A DNA stretch of 64,000 nt, from positions 1,170,530 through 1,234,529 of the forward strand of contig BCIN01000007.1 in the NCBI GenBank assembly GCA_039545335.1, given 5' to 3'. Source of the stretch: Kondoa subrosea. Taxonomy: Eukaryota. The notes below the pieces were generated by a model that worked only from the letters and a program-made list of their open reading frames with translations, did not search any database and was not told the origin of the DNA. A program made the position numbers and the translations under genes. Below, piece after piece: positions 36,787 through 49,201 of the stretch. Numbering within the stretch: the first letter of the stretch is position 1; the number at the start of each line of letters is the position of its first letter.

Positions 36787-39700
36787 TCATGCAGTACTAC
36801 TGTTCCCTTCTTCTTTCTCTTCTACCTTCTCGTCATAATTCAGGAGTTTCCTCGATAACAAGAACTCCGCATCCCTGACGTTCGACATCCAAGCTCGATA
36901 CCTCTTGAGCAATAATTCCTTAATTGGTGCACGAGCAGCAACAAGCATGCACAACAGGCATACAAGATCCAATCGGACCCAATAGATTGTTGAATGAGGC
37001 GTGAAGATAGCAGCGCCCGATAGCAATGCTTTTGTGATTGCTACAGGACAGATCAAAGCGATGATGAGTTGTAGGCATAGTTTGCGTAGGATAGATGATT
37101 CTGCATCCCGAATGAATTGAAGTGTCGTCCTTGAAGGTGGTACAGCTCCTTCTTCGCCTTCGAACTGTTAAAAAAACATTGCGGACTTAGATCGAGCGCG
37201 AATGCTACAGAGAGAGGGGAAACGAACGATATCGACTAAATCAGCAAAGATACCTCTTGCATGATTTGGTCCAGGATTGATCATCAGAGCAGCATAAATG
37301 ATGGACAATTCGACTACTCCATAAGCCCAAACCATTGGTAGCCAGATTGCGTCGGCTTGCTCGGTCGCTCCAAAGATCGGTTGCCAGATTGCTGTAGTGT
37401 ACAGGCCTGTCTGTCTATTAGCCATAACCTATATATTGACAGTGACGAATCTCACGAGCGGTGAGACCAAACAACAGTGGAAGCACAATACATCCTTCAA
37501 CAAACACCTTGAATAACAGCAACGTCCATGTCGACGCCCGCTTGAGTTGATAGCGCAGAAGTTGATACTTTGTGATCCCGAGCACTCGATAGGCCTTTCC
37601 TCTTTTGCGCAATCGACCTGCCCGTGTTTGCGATTTCTTGAACGATTTTGAGTATAGTTGATGACACAGCCAAAGTAACGGATAGAAAGTATATGCGCCA
37701 ATCAGGAACGCATAGCCATCGTGTAGTGGATAATCAAGCAAGTTCCCAGCCAACAAGCGGCCGATAGCGACTGGCATACGGGTTAGTAGAAGACACACGC
37801 TGAGTACGAGAACTCACGAGGTATTGCGCATGCAGCAATAGCTGAGACCACAATGGATACCCAAAGAGAATAGAGACAAGCCATCAAGCGGATCTGTAAA
37901 CAGCATGAGCCAGCGCAAGGCTGTAGAAGACGACGAGACGCTTACCCGAAAGCGCGGCGGAAGGTAAACGAATTGATAATCACCTGATCCCCCTCCTAGT
38001 TCATTCTGGAGTTTGATCACCTCTTGTCCCTCTTCTGAGGTTGGTACATGATCGGCATTGACTAGAACAGTCGAAGGTTTGCCTTGCGGTAATTTGACAC
38101 CGTCGATAGCTGGTACACGTGCCAAAGAACCTGAAGGTTGCCATACTACCTCGGGCGAGGTTTCAGCGGGTTCCGCGGTGACAGGGCTTCCGGATTGAGC
38201 GCAATGGAGTCGTCTTGGCAAAGTCTTTTTAAGACGCAGTAGAGCTGTCCAAGTTTGCCGGCTATAAGTCCCTTCCTCTGCTGGATTGCGAACACCCAGA
38301 AGATACGAGGAGAGCCGGAATTGGTGTGCAGAGAAAGTAATCAGGCTGGTAAAGAGTTTCCTTGCTTGTCTGGAGGATGCCTTGACGAAAGATCGACACG
38401 ACCAAGGCACAATGATGTAGGCCACAATAAGGTCAACAGGAATAGGCGAAAGCGCAGCTCTATGACATTGATATCAGCAAAATTCAAAATGCGTGCATAA
38501 GCTAGAACATACGATAGATCCCACCTCAGAGGCAAGATATTGAGGTTCAATAAGGCGATGCCATAGAAAGAGAAGAAGAAAACCATGACTAATGCCCCAT
38601 AAAGCAGGAAGCTCTTGCTGAGTTTAGCAAATTGCTTGAAAATTGGAGTAGAGACCATGTCACTGATCGGATGTGCATCGGGATCTCGAGGGTCGCCTGC
38701 TCAGTAAACCGTTATACTCTATACAGCGCCTACGGAGGACAACGTACGTATAAAGAAGAGACCGCCTTTGCGAATGTAAGTCCGCACGTGACTGATGCCT
38801 TGGGCCACAACGAACACTACACAACGATGCACGGACATTAGTGAACCATCTTTTTGTGGGCAAAAGCGACTTGCTGAAGACTGTACCAAGAGTCCAAGTG
38901 AGGAACATTGCCGAATAAGGTGCTCTTTGATGGTAAGCCAAGCGAGATTGGAATGTTGCGCCCGGAAATAGTGGCAAAGTAGCAAGGTTGATAGCGATGC
39001 CACACATGACAGGAAACAGTAAGAGCTCGATCATGATGAAGAGCGCGACCTACTCGTTGGAGCGTCAGTTGAGTCAAGTATTCAAAAAAAGTAGAGTCTA
39101 CCTTAGTGAGGATACCCTGCTGTCGCAAGACTCTTCTGAATGTCCTACTGAACGGCTTATCGGAGTTCTTCTCCCTTGAGTACCATGCCAGAGCTACGAT
39201 CAGAGCCACGAGATATCCCACTGCTACGCAACCAATCTTGTCCATTGATGTCGCCGCGCCGCCGATTCTGATCCAATCTGCTTTGGCTTGTTTGATGAAG
39301 TCTTCCATTTTGCTTGCAATCTGATCAACCAAAACCCGATGTAGCCAGTGCGCCATATCGTCAGGCGATGTAGTGCCCACGCTCTCAACAACTTCCGTCG
39401 GCAAGGGTAGGGTTTTTGAAGGTGACGACTTGAGCAGGCGCGAAAAGAGATATGAGCAGAAGTCCACGAAAGCTGCTCTGTATCAGTAGAGTTCGAAGTA
39501 GGATGAGCCGGCTTACGATCTGTAATGAAACGAGCAAGTTTCACAGGTCCCGTTAAGAGGTGGTAAGGGAGATTTGCCTACTCCAGATCAGCCTAGCTCA
39601 GCCGTGATATCATCGTAACGCACAATTATGGTGATACGGCCCAGCATCAGAGGAATCCATACGAGAACCGCAAGAGAGAAAGCAATGAGTAAATCCATCA

Positions 39701-41950
39701 AAGCTACAGTTTGTATGAGGACCATGAGACTATGACAGAAGAGTCGAGTTCGTCAGGAGTATACGCTGCATGGAAAAGAAATAGCTCACCTTCCTCGCAA
39801 ACCGACAGCTTCCAAAACTCCTTCCAGATCATCAAACCCAACTTCTTCAGCTTCCGCTAATTCTGGGACAGCTGGATTTTCATTTGCTGCAGCCATGACA
39901 ACAATATCATCGTCAATTTGGTTTAGCTGCACTTCGTCTTCGCCAATTACATCGTCGATATCGGTCTCGTCTACTCCATCATGCTGTTCATCTTCAACCG
40001 CATCTAGCGGATCTGCTTCTTCAGTTTCAAGGCTAGCTATAGATGGAGACTGCTGAATGAAAGGAATTAAAGGTATGGATGCGGACGATGATTGTGGAAA
40101 AGAAGAGACTGAGGGATTAGGCGAGCTCGGCAAAGGTATGAGAAGAGGAAGAAGAGAATTCTCGGTGTTTCCTGGAATCGGCAGCTGTTCTTCTGCTTCT
40201 TCTTCTTCTTCTTCTTGAGGATGTGAAATGGGATCCATTCTACCGACCTGCGATTCGAACAACTGGTCGTAACGCTCATACCTTGCTTTGGTACGAGCTC
40301 TCAATTGTGCCTTGAGCGAATCTTCATCTTCCGACTCTGGCAACTCGACTTGTTCCGGCTCGATCTCAGGATCATCAAGCGTCACATTGCTTCCACTAGC
40401 AATGGGTAAATCGGTATAACGATCTGACGGACTCCAATTCCAGGCCCTTTCTTTGCCCTTCGAACTGATCTTGCGAGACTTATAAGATCGTTTCGGGCTT
40501 TCGCTTTTGAATTCTAAAGGAACAGGTGGAAGTTTTTGTCCTTTCGCGCGTTTAGGTAAAGGTTTCACTTCCCGATCCTCTACAGATACAGCTTTTTTCT
40601 CTTCCTCTTTGACTCTTTCCGCATGTTGCAAGAAATCAGTTGTTCCAGCAGCAGTAGTATTCTCCGCTGTCGAAGGTGAAGTAGCCTGAACCCAGCGATC
40701 GAAGAGTTCGTCATATCGAGCTCTCGTCATACGTGTTTCGGCACGCTGCACTTCGAGCCAGACCTGTTCTTTTAGTTCTGCTATAGGCATACCAAGAGTT
40801 GCTGGATCGGCTCGAAGATCTGGAAGTGGGAGTAAACCTCCTGCTTGTGCTGCTGCAGGAGGTCGAGCAAGTCTTCCAGCAGGTGCTGCGGCTACCGGTG
40901 GACGATCTTCTTCGGCTCCTTGTTGACCAATCCATTCTCGCAGAAGAAAGATGCTGATGAAAGCCACAACGACGAGACTGCTCGAACATATGAGCTGAAG
41001 CACTCTAGTACCTTCGTATAGTATTATCGCGCACCATGTAATGATCTGACCAGTGAAGCAATCCTTTCCCATAGCAATCATGATTGCCTTCATTCTAACC
41101 AAACGATTGTACCTTGATTTGTAATAGATTCGCTCCACCAACTGTTCTACAGTCATGGGTGGTCGAATGTTCCATTTTGCGACGACAGCAGCGTTGAAGA
41201 TCACATTGCCGCTTATGTTCTGCAATGCATCGGCTAGGTATTTCCATTCTGCTGACCCGTTTGCAGGTGGTGAGACTGCAGCATTGAAGATCGCACGTTT
41301 CCAAGGATCTTCTACAGCCAAAGCAGTTGTATTCGCTAATACTACTGAAGTTGTTTTTGCAGTCAAATTGGCCAACTGCGGTTCTCGAACAAAGGCTGTT
41401 AGACCATCAGATATGCTGAGTCCACTAAAGATGAGGAACTTGAATGTCCAGACTACATTTTCTGTCAAGGAAGTTCAATGATCATCAGGCGAAATCACGC
41501 ACAAGTGATAAAAGGTAATAAAGCTATCCAGCAGAAGATGACTAGCAGGATTCGAGCAATGAGAAGGACAAGCCACGTAACGGACAAGGTAATTCGTTTG
41601 ATGAGGAGCCATGGCGGTAAATGTTGAGGAACATCTTCAGCATAGCGCTTCAAGAATCGATAGTTGGTATGACACAGCTCGCACTGCTCCTTGCCCTTCC
41701 TGGATTGAAGCCATTCTTGCAGACATTGCTCATGAACAAAGCGAATGCTTCCTTTGCACTTGCATGGACTGTACAGATCACCCTCGTCCTTTCCTCCTCG
41801 ACAGACTTTACATATCGGCTCTTCATCGCTTTCGGCTGCTGCTGCAATTCCTGGCGGTAGGGCTAGATCTGATAAAGCTCTGGTTCTGGTAGGACTCGCC
41901 AAAGGACTTGTAGGGTTGCTATGAGGTAGCGCGATAGTTAAAGGATCCAT
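36787..41950 (-). CDS. DOA10: ERAD RING-CH E3 ubiquitin ligase Doa10/Ssm4
   Basis: RING-CH CKVCR...PCKCKGSIRFVHEQCLQEWL...CELC; FLLREWI; LEAVGLRG; IELLLFPVMCG; many TM segments; C-terminal VRDAEFLLSRKLLN. Confidence 0.92.
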
Positions 41951-42299
41951 CAATGCTGACTTGCTGGGCAGACTATAGGTATCTTCAGACAGTGTATCTA
42001 TGGTAGTTGCTGCAGGGATATCATCCAGACTCCTCTCAGCAATGGCCGTCCAACTACGAAAGTGTTCTTTGTTCTGAGGCAGCCGACTTAAGCTCTTCCA
42101 TGCAATGCTGTTAAAGCTACAATCATCTGCGCGGCTCTCTGCTTCTGTTCCAACTTGGCCTGCTCATTCAGAGCTTGTTTCTTCCCTTTGAGCGCAAACC
42201 TGTGGCAATGATTCTCTTGCCCAATCTGTTCTCATCGCATACGAGCTAGTCTCAATACAAGCGCTGGTCGCTCTCTAATACTTCTTCTTTCCTTTTCAT

Positions 42300-43056
42300 A
42301 TGTCTCTTCCTGGTTTAGGAAGCAGCAAGGGGAATGGAACGACAACTGCTTCAACTGTTGTTTCTGAAGCTTCCCAGCCTTCTGCTAATAATTTGACCTT
42401 TGCTTCGCTGCGCGACAAGTGGCCGATCATTGCTGGCTGCGTCGGAGGCGTATGTCGTGAAGTCACAGAGTCGATTGATGCTCATTCATTCTTTGCAGTT
42501 TGTACTTCTTTGCCTTCTTATCTTCATTTGCATCTGCAATCGACGAAGGAAAGAACGGAGACTAGAAGCTGAAGCTGAAGCCAATGCTTTCACTCAAAGG
42601 CCTGCCAACACTCAATACGTCGATCAGAGTGCGGCTGTACCAGTAGCAGGACAATCTTCCTATAACCCTGGTGGTTTTGTCAATCCTCTAGCTACACCTC
42701 AAAGACAGCAAGCTGTACCCCAAGATCTTGTTGTACCTCCATTCCGATCTCAAACTCAGCGGCAACCTACGTATGCTCAACAGCAACAAAGGCAATCAGC
42801 TTACATGGTCTCCGATGTGGATTCCGATTATTCAGCAACACCTTATCAAGCCTCACCTATGCTATCTCATCCCAGAACGCCTCAGCAAGCTTATTCTAGG
42901 CAATCTGGTTTCGTACAGCCACAACGGAAGACTTTGCAAGTACCTACTGGGCAACGTTATTCAACTTACACGCAATCTCCAAGGCAACAAACATATCAAT
43001 CCTATGCTACCAGCCCAATGAGAGCACAAGCAAGCGTTCTGCGGCCATATAGATAG
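42300..43056 (+). CDS. Single-pass membrane protein with Q/S/P-rich cytoplasmic tail
   Basis: Ser/Thr-rich N-terminus, TM (WPIIAGCVGG|LVLLCLLIFICIC) followed by RRRKERR. One intron. Confidence 0.7.
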
Positions 43057-43255
43057 ATGCATTCCTTGTACACGACAGCTCCATATATGCTGGTAGCTTG
43101 CCTACAATTCCTAACAGTCCTTCCATTGCTTCTTTTTGCCCTACCTAGCATCTTGACAGACCTTCCCTTTGTCACACTTCAAATGCTCGATCGAGGCAAT
43201 ACCTTCTATCTGACTTGTTCAGGTCGAACAGAGACAACCAGTCTTCTGGGCGAAG

Positions 43256-44138
43256 ATGAGCTTCAACCTACCCAGCGATGCCATACCCTCGGCGACACCC
43301 AACTCAACCTTTGCTGTTGTTCAGATCAATCCTTGGGGCGATACAGCTCTTGGACCCATTTCTAGCGCAGGGTGAATTTCTATCGCTCAAATGTAGCGTA
43401 GGAAAGACTGATTTGGAGCAGAATCATGATGCGAATCTTTGCACCTATGCTAATATCGCCAGTATTGATTTATCTGGCTGTGGGCTATGTAAGTCTTCTT
43501 CGCCCCGTCTTACTTGTTTGACATTGATGAGTGAGCAGAACCAATACGAAAGAAGGGCTGGTCAATCAGCATCAGCTTTTGGGTATTTGAAATTCCTCGC
43601 AACAGGCTACGACAAATGGGCGAGAAATCCATTACCGGACGTAGCTGCTCAACCGAACGAGAGTCGGTTTAGAGTAGAGAGGAAATCTCATCTTCCTATA
43701 CACGTCGCCAATGTTCCTGAATATCGACCGCTTCGAATGATAGAAAGAGAAAAAGTAGAAGAAGGGATCCAAACTGAAGACTATGATATAGAAGCTCAGG
43801 CGCGAAGAGGGAGGAGGAACCAAAGTAGAAGCGTGCGAGCGATTCAACAACCAGATCCAGATGAAATTCCACCGATGCCAACTATCGCTAGAGCAGAAGG
43901 ATTGCCTGCGTATCAGACCGAATCGATAGCAGAAGTGACTTCAAGATCATCCAGTCCAAATCCACCCATTCAGCGAGCCGCGTCTATGATGTCTCAAGAT
44001 GGTTTCAAGCCGACTTTTTCAGATAGACATGTAAGGCCCAAACCGGTACCCAGCACCGCACAGCCAAGACCGCCTAGGAGAGCGAAACCTGTCATGGTAG
44101 ACACAGGAGTAGGTGATTCGATAGTAGAGCAGAAGTAG
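43256..44138 (+). CDS. Single-pass membrane hypothetical protein
   Basis: Spliced product MSFNLPSDAIPSATPNSTF...ISSAG|IMMRIFAPMLISPVLIYLAVGY|NQYERRAGQ continues into the 43278-44138 frame. Confidence 0.6.
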
Positions 44139-44271
44139 CAAGTTCAGTCCTTGTACAAAATGGGGTGTATGCAGAGTATCAATACATTTGATGCGATATA
44201 TACTGAAGTCTGTATGCAACGCAAGAGACGGAATCAGCGCAAGATTGATCCGATGTCACTAATTCATACCT

Positions 44272-45625
44272 CTACTGGAAAGCGACCTCGAATCGCTTTG
44301 CTTCCGCCTGTCCTCCGCTAGCAAATCCAGTGCCTATATATACACATGAGTCAATACTCAAGGGAAGGCACAATTCAGCTTACCCTCTCTCTTGATCTCG
44401 ATGAACCCGCTTCCCTTTGGTTGACCTTTGAGATCCTTGACCGGTTTATCACAAGTAGCGCATTTTCCTTCCTTCTTGCATAGTGAATCGACACAGGTAC
44501 CGCTGTCCGTTGAAAGCCAGCCAATTAGTGAATAGTCTGAAAGCTTGCCCGTTCTAACGAACCAAAGCACATGGCCACAAAGACTGAGCACAAAAGTCTT
44601 TCCGTTGTTAGTGAGCGGTTTCCGACATGTCCAGCAGATATAAGGCGCATCTGTTTTGATATTCGTATCATCTGAAGCGAACCGAACTTCAATGAGTGAT
44701 TTCAGCCTGTGTGGTTTCAGAAACTCTCATCAGCTTCTACAGAAAAGACCTTGAAACAACACACGTTACTGGATGAGGTGGATCTGAAGCTTTACATAAA
44801 GTCGATAATTTGGGCTCTTCCATCAACTTGCTCGGTCCACTATCTGGCGTCAGAGAAGGTAGCCAAAAGGATGGTAGCTTGTTCTTTCTCGCTTCGGCCT
44901 GTGGCATTACCCCAAGGAAACAAATGAGCACAGCCTCAAGAGCTTCCTTGCAACCCACCTGCTCTACTTCTAGCTGCTTCAATGCTCTTTCTTCTGATTC
45001 CGCAACCAGTTTCTCAACCTGATCACCGTCCATCTCAAATTTCCTCTTGACACCTCTTTCATTTCCATCTCCAGCAGTATTTTTGGAGCTTGAAGCAGCA
45101 GAACTGATAATATTCCTTCCAACCGATTGCGTCTTTTCGAAATCTTGCAAGACTCGATCTCGAGCTGCTTCCCTCGCTATGGCTCTTTCAGCTTCTTCTT
45201 GCTGTTTCATTTTCTCTATCAGAACTTGATGACGCTTGATATCATTCTTTTGTGAAAGTAGGGAAGACAGCACGCATTCCTTTGCGCCGTGTCACAATAA
45301 GCCAGTGAAGCAGTGCATTTCAGGATGGACCCACATGACAGTAGAGATGACCTTTCTCGCATACACGAGGTTCACGAGCTCGAGACAGACACAGAACACA
45401 TGAGTCGACATTGAGAAAGCTTTCACCATTCAAACGTTGCTTCTTTGAGCCATCTGAGCAGAGATAAGCTAGGCCATTGGTTTAAGATACTGCACGCACA
45501 TCCCAGAGCTGTTCGTTCGGCGCTGGACACCACAGGCGACGAGGTTCGATTCTGCACATCAATGCAACTTCAGCCTTTCTCGAGGGACAGATTTGGCAGT
45601 GAATTACTTTGCTGTGTCTGGGCAT
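44272..45625 (-). CDS. NOSIP-like RING/U-box protein
   Basis: MPRHSK start, CVLCLSRAREPRVCEKGHLYC, LPSFWLPSL, C-terminal RING CGHV...C, GTGFASGG. Confidence 0.85.
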
Positions 45626-45687
45626 GATGTAGATCTATTGTGATGGTATCTTTCTTGCGTATCAGATCCTATCAGATCACTTCAAGG

Positions 45688-46552
45688 ATGCTTGTCAACC
45701 TTATGGAAAATTCGAAAATACAGCTTGAGCTGCTACGTCGTCTTGAGCTGCCTTTTTGATCTCCAATGAGCCTTGGGACTTCTCTAATCTTGTACTTCAA
45801 TGCCTCTCTGAGCGTATTCGCACCGAGTGTTTCTTCTGTCTTTTCTCTCTCTTAATGCGCATAGCACTGGCAGCATGACACACAGATTATGCATATCTTG
45901 CACATCTTCTGTCCTTCGCTGGCGTACTATCTCATTGCCTGTGGCTTTCGCTTGCTAGTTTGCAAATTAGCTCGAGGACTTTATTTCGAATCAATGCGTC
46001 TTCTTCTCCCTTCTTCATCACACATCAGTCAGCGTCAACCTCTTTCAAGTTGAGCTGAGCTGGAGAATCACGTCTTCATCGGCATCTGATCTTTGATCGA
46101 GTGTGGCTTTCGATGTGTACATCACCAATGGGCCGCTGGCTATATCACCCGATCGCCTGATCATCCTGTCATACTGCAACATCATCAACTCGTGGAGGCA
46201 TCAATTGCCTAGCTTCTCTCTAATCTCGTCACCCGTCAATCGGAATCACTTTGTATATGTTTCTATTCAACGGAAAACGCATAGCAGGGCGGCATTCGTC
46301 AAGACAGGAAGGACTCCAGTTGTTTTGCAAGCTACATTTAATGTCTGCAGCATATACAACAGGCGCTTTTTGGTACTCTTCCTTGCTCTATCGTCGTCTT
46401 CAGGCCCAAGAGCGAATGCGTATATCACGCTTACCTAGGAGCCAATGTTTACCGCTGCATGCGCTGATCACAGACTCGCAATAGACTATGTGGCTCAGAA
46501 GAGGCTGGATACTAGTGATCGATGTGCTCTCCGTCTTTGGTTCAAGATCTAG
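45688..46552 (+). pseudogene. Possible decayed membrane-protein gene
   Basis: Hydrophobic coding-like segments with plausible intron signals, but in-frame TGA stops at 45757 and 46087. No intact ORF. Confidence 0.25.
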
Positions 46553-47112
46553 AAAATATGGATCCACTTAGAGAGACTTGTCGTGGAAGTCAGGCCATTT
46601 GTCAGGCTCGGTCCGCCGCAAGTGTGGAATGCGAGGAGGACGGCACCAGTATAACCATAAGGCACTTTTCGGTCAGCAATGGCTCTGAATGCAAAGGTCT
46701 ATGCTTGTCCTGACACCCTGACCTAGCGCCCGAACTCTTGGCCTACATTCTCTGCAAGCATTTACAAATGTTAGTCAGCGTACCACGTTGCCATGCATTC
46801 CACCGCAAAGTCCGAATCATGTATCGTTTCGCGTCAATTTCGATTCTCTCGCTGTAGCTGCCTGCTCTATCAGCTGCTGTGCTTTGATACCGTTCCTGAT
46901 GGCGCCCCAAGAGAGCTGGGCCCCGGAGAATACGGCGCAACGCGTTCCACGCGTTCATTCGTCTCCGCAAAATGTAACAAGTGTTTACGCCAGCTCCACT
47001 TAGTTGCTTAAATCCAGACCCGCCGCATGCGTACTTCTTATTTCTGGGAGTTCTACTCTTGATCCTGCATCTCATTCTTGCCTATTTCCATCCACCTCAA
47101 ACACTTTAAAAT

Positions 47113-49098
47113 ATGTCTGGCCAAATGAAAGCACTCGTCTACAAAGGGTCAGTCGAGCTGATTCAATGCTGCTGTAGCTTCGTGCTGACTGTATATTCTT
47201 AGCCCCAACAAGGTCGCTGTTGAACAAGTCGAACGACCAAAGATCTTGCACTCGTTCGTTTCTCTACCTGTATTATGTAAGCTTGGCTGACATTGCATTG
47301 TACAGCGACGATGTTATCGTCAAGGTCACCACTTCTGCCATCTGTGGTTCAGACTTGGTGAGGACTGTCGCCAACGAGCTGTAGCAAGACACTGACTAGA
47401 ATACTTTCAGCACATGTACGAAGGTATGCCGTCACGTTCGGACTTTACGGCAGGAGTATGCTGATATTGGAATATCAGGTCGAACTGCAGCTGAAGCTGG
47501 TATCGTCTTCGGTCATGAGAACATGGGAATCATTGAAGAAGTTGGCCCCGGTGTGACTCTTTTGAAGAAAGGCGACAGAGTCGTCATGCCCTTCAACGTC
47601 GCATGCGGTCGTTGTGCCAACTGTAAGTCGACAAGACTCCTTCTCATATGTCGCTCATGTGTTCTTCAGGCGAAAAGCAATACACTGCTTTCTGCACCCA
47701 AGTGAACCCTGGCTTCGCAGGAGGAGCTTACGGTTACGTAGCTATGGGTCCTTACCCGGGAGGTCAAGCTCAGTGCGTTTAATATTGACGTCGATGAAAG
47801 TAGTGTGCTGACGGCTGTATGTCAGAATGATTCGTATTCCTTTCGCCGATTTCAACGCATTGAAGTTACCTCCTGGAACTGAACACGAAGAAGATTTCAT
47901 TCTCCTTGCAGACATTTTCCCAACCGGTTGGCACGGAGGTTCGTTTTCATGCCCTTCAGCGTGACAATTTGCTAACTAGAAGATTTGAACACAGTTGTCA
48001 TTAGTGGCTTCCAAGCTGGTGACTCTATTGTCATCTACGGAGCGGGTCAGTCTTCTGCGACCACTTCCTACATGCGCTGATGGTTGGGACCAGGTCCTGT
48101 TGGTCTCATGGCTGCCTACTCTGCCAAGCTTCTCGGAGCATCTGTCGTCTACGTAGTCGACAGAGTACCAGAACGTCTTGCCAAGGCAAAGTCAATCGGC
48201 TGTGTCGTGAGTTCACCTGAATGTCTTAGCGAATCTGTTGCTGATTTGCATCTCAGCCAATTGATTTCAGCAAAGGAGCTGCTGTAAGTACATTTGCACA
48301 TGTCACATAGTTTTGCTGATGTCCGGACAGGATGAGCAAATCATCAAGCAACACGGCGGTATGGTTGACCGAGCTGTCGATGCTGTCGGATACCAAGCTG
48401 TCAACACAAGCGGAAACAAAGAAGAGCCAAACGTGAGTGCAGGTGTTCTGAATGCCAAAAAAAGTATGTCTCACCTCCGTCATAGGCTGTCTTGCAATCT
48501 ATGGTTAAGGTTGTCCGAGCTTGCGGTGGTCTTGGGTATACTGCGCTTTGATCCGTATCCGGTCGTTTCTAACATCCACCACAGTATTCCAGGTCTCTAG
48601 TATGTCTCCGCTGGTTGCACTTATCTGCGATCTGACTCTTCCTTCGCAGCGTTCCTTCCGACCCTGGAGCGCCAGACTCTGCTTCTGCCCTTGGTAACCT
48701 TGTTGTGCCATTCGGCAAACTCGTAAGTCATTTTGAGGTGGTATCTAATTCACTGCTGACTATTAATCCGACAGTTCGAGAAGGGTCTTACATTGGCTAC
48801 TGGTCAATGCAATGTAAAGAAGTACAACCGAATCTTGAGAGATCTCATCATCTCGTAAGGTGTTCAACCTCCCTATTAGCTTGTTGCTGACCTTTCGCTC
48901 TCCCCAGTGGTGTTGCTAAGCCTTCATTCGTCGTTTCTCACAACTGCTCTATCGACGATGCAGTCACCGCTTACGACAAGTTCGACAGACGTTTGTCTCA
49001 TTCTTTACTCATCAATGTACTTTTCTGACGTGTTTTGTTTTCCAACAGGTGTTGAGGGTTACACCAAGGTCTTGCTTCACCCTAACGGAGATATCTAA
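47113..49098 (+). CDS. Zinc-dependent MDR dehydrogenase, glutathione-independent formaldehyde dehydrogenase type, ~16 introns
   Basis: [75 protein letters not shown]. Confidence 0.92.
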
Positions 49099-49201
49099 AG
49101 GGCTGTATCGTAAAATGTACTTGTAAAAAAGGGTCAAAATTGAAATTGATGGGGGGTTCATTGCTGTATAAAAGGCCTCTCGAATACCCGCAAACTTCGC
49201 T

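Noticed and set aside
40188..40216. (TTC)n microsatellite
   Set aside because: Encodes the poly-Glu stretch of Doa10; ordinary low complexity.
43057..43365. ORF starting right after the stop of the 42300-43056 gene, suggesting a dicistronic unit
   Set aside because: The frame that splices into the downstream exons starts at ATG 43256, leaving an ordinary gap of about 200 bp.
46771..46777. TTAGTCA, a Yap1/AP-1-like site upstream of the dehydrogenase
   Set aside because: A single 7-mer is expected by chance and is also the reverse of a branch-point motif.
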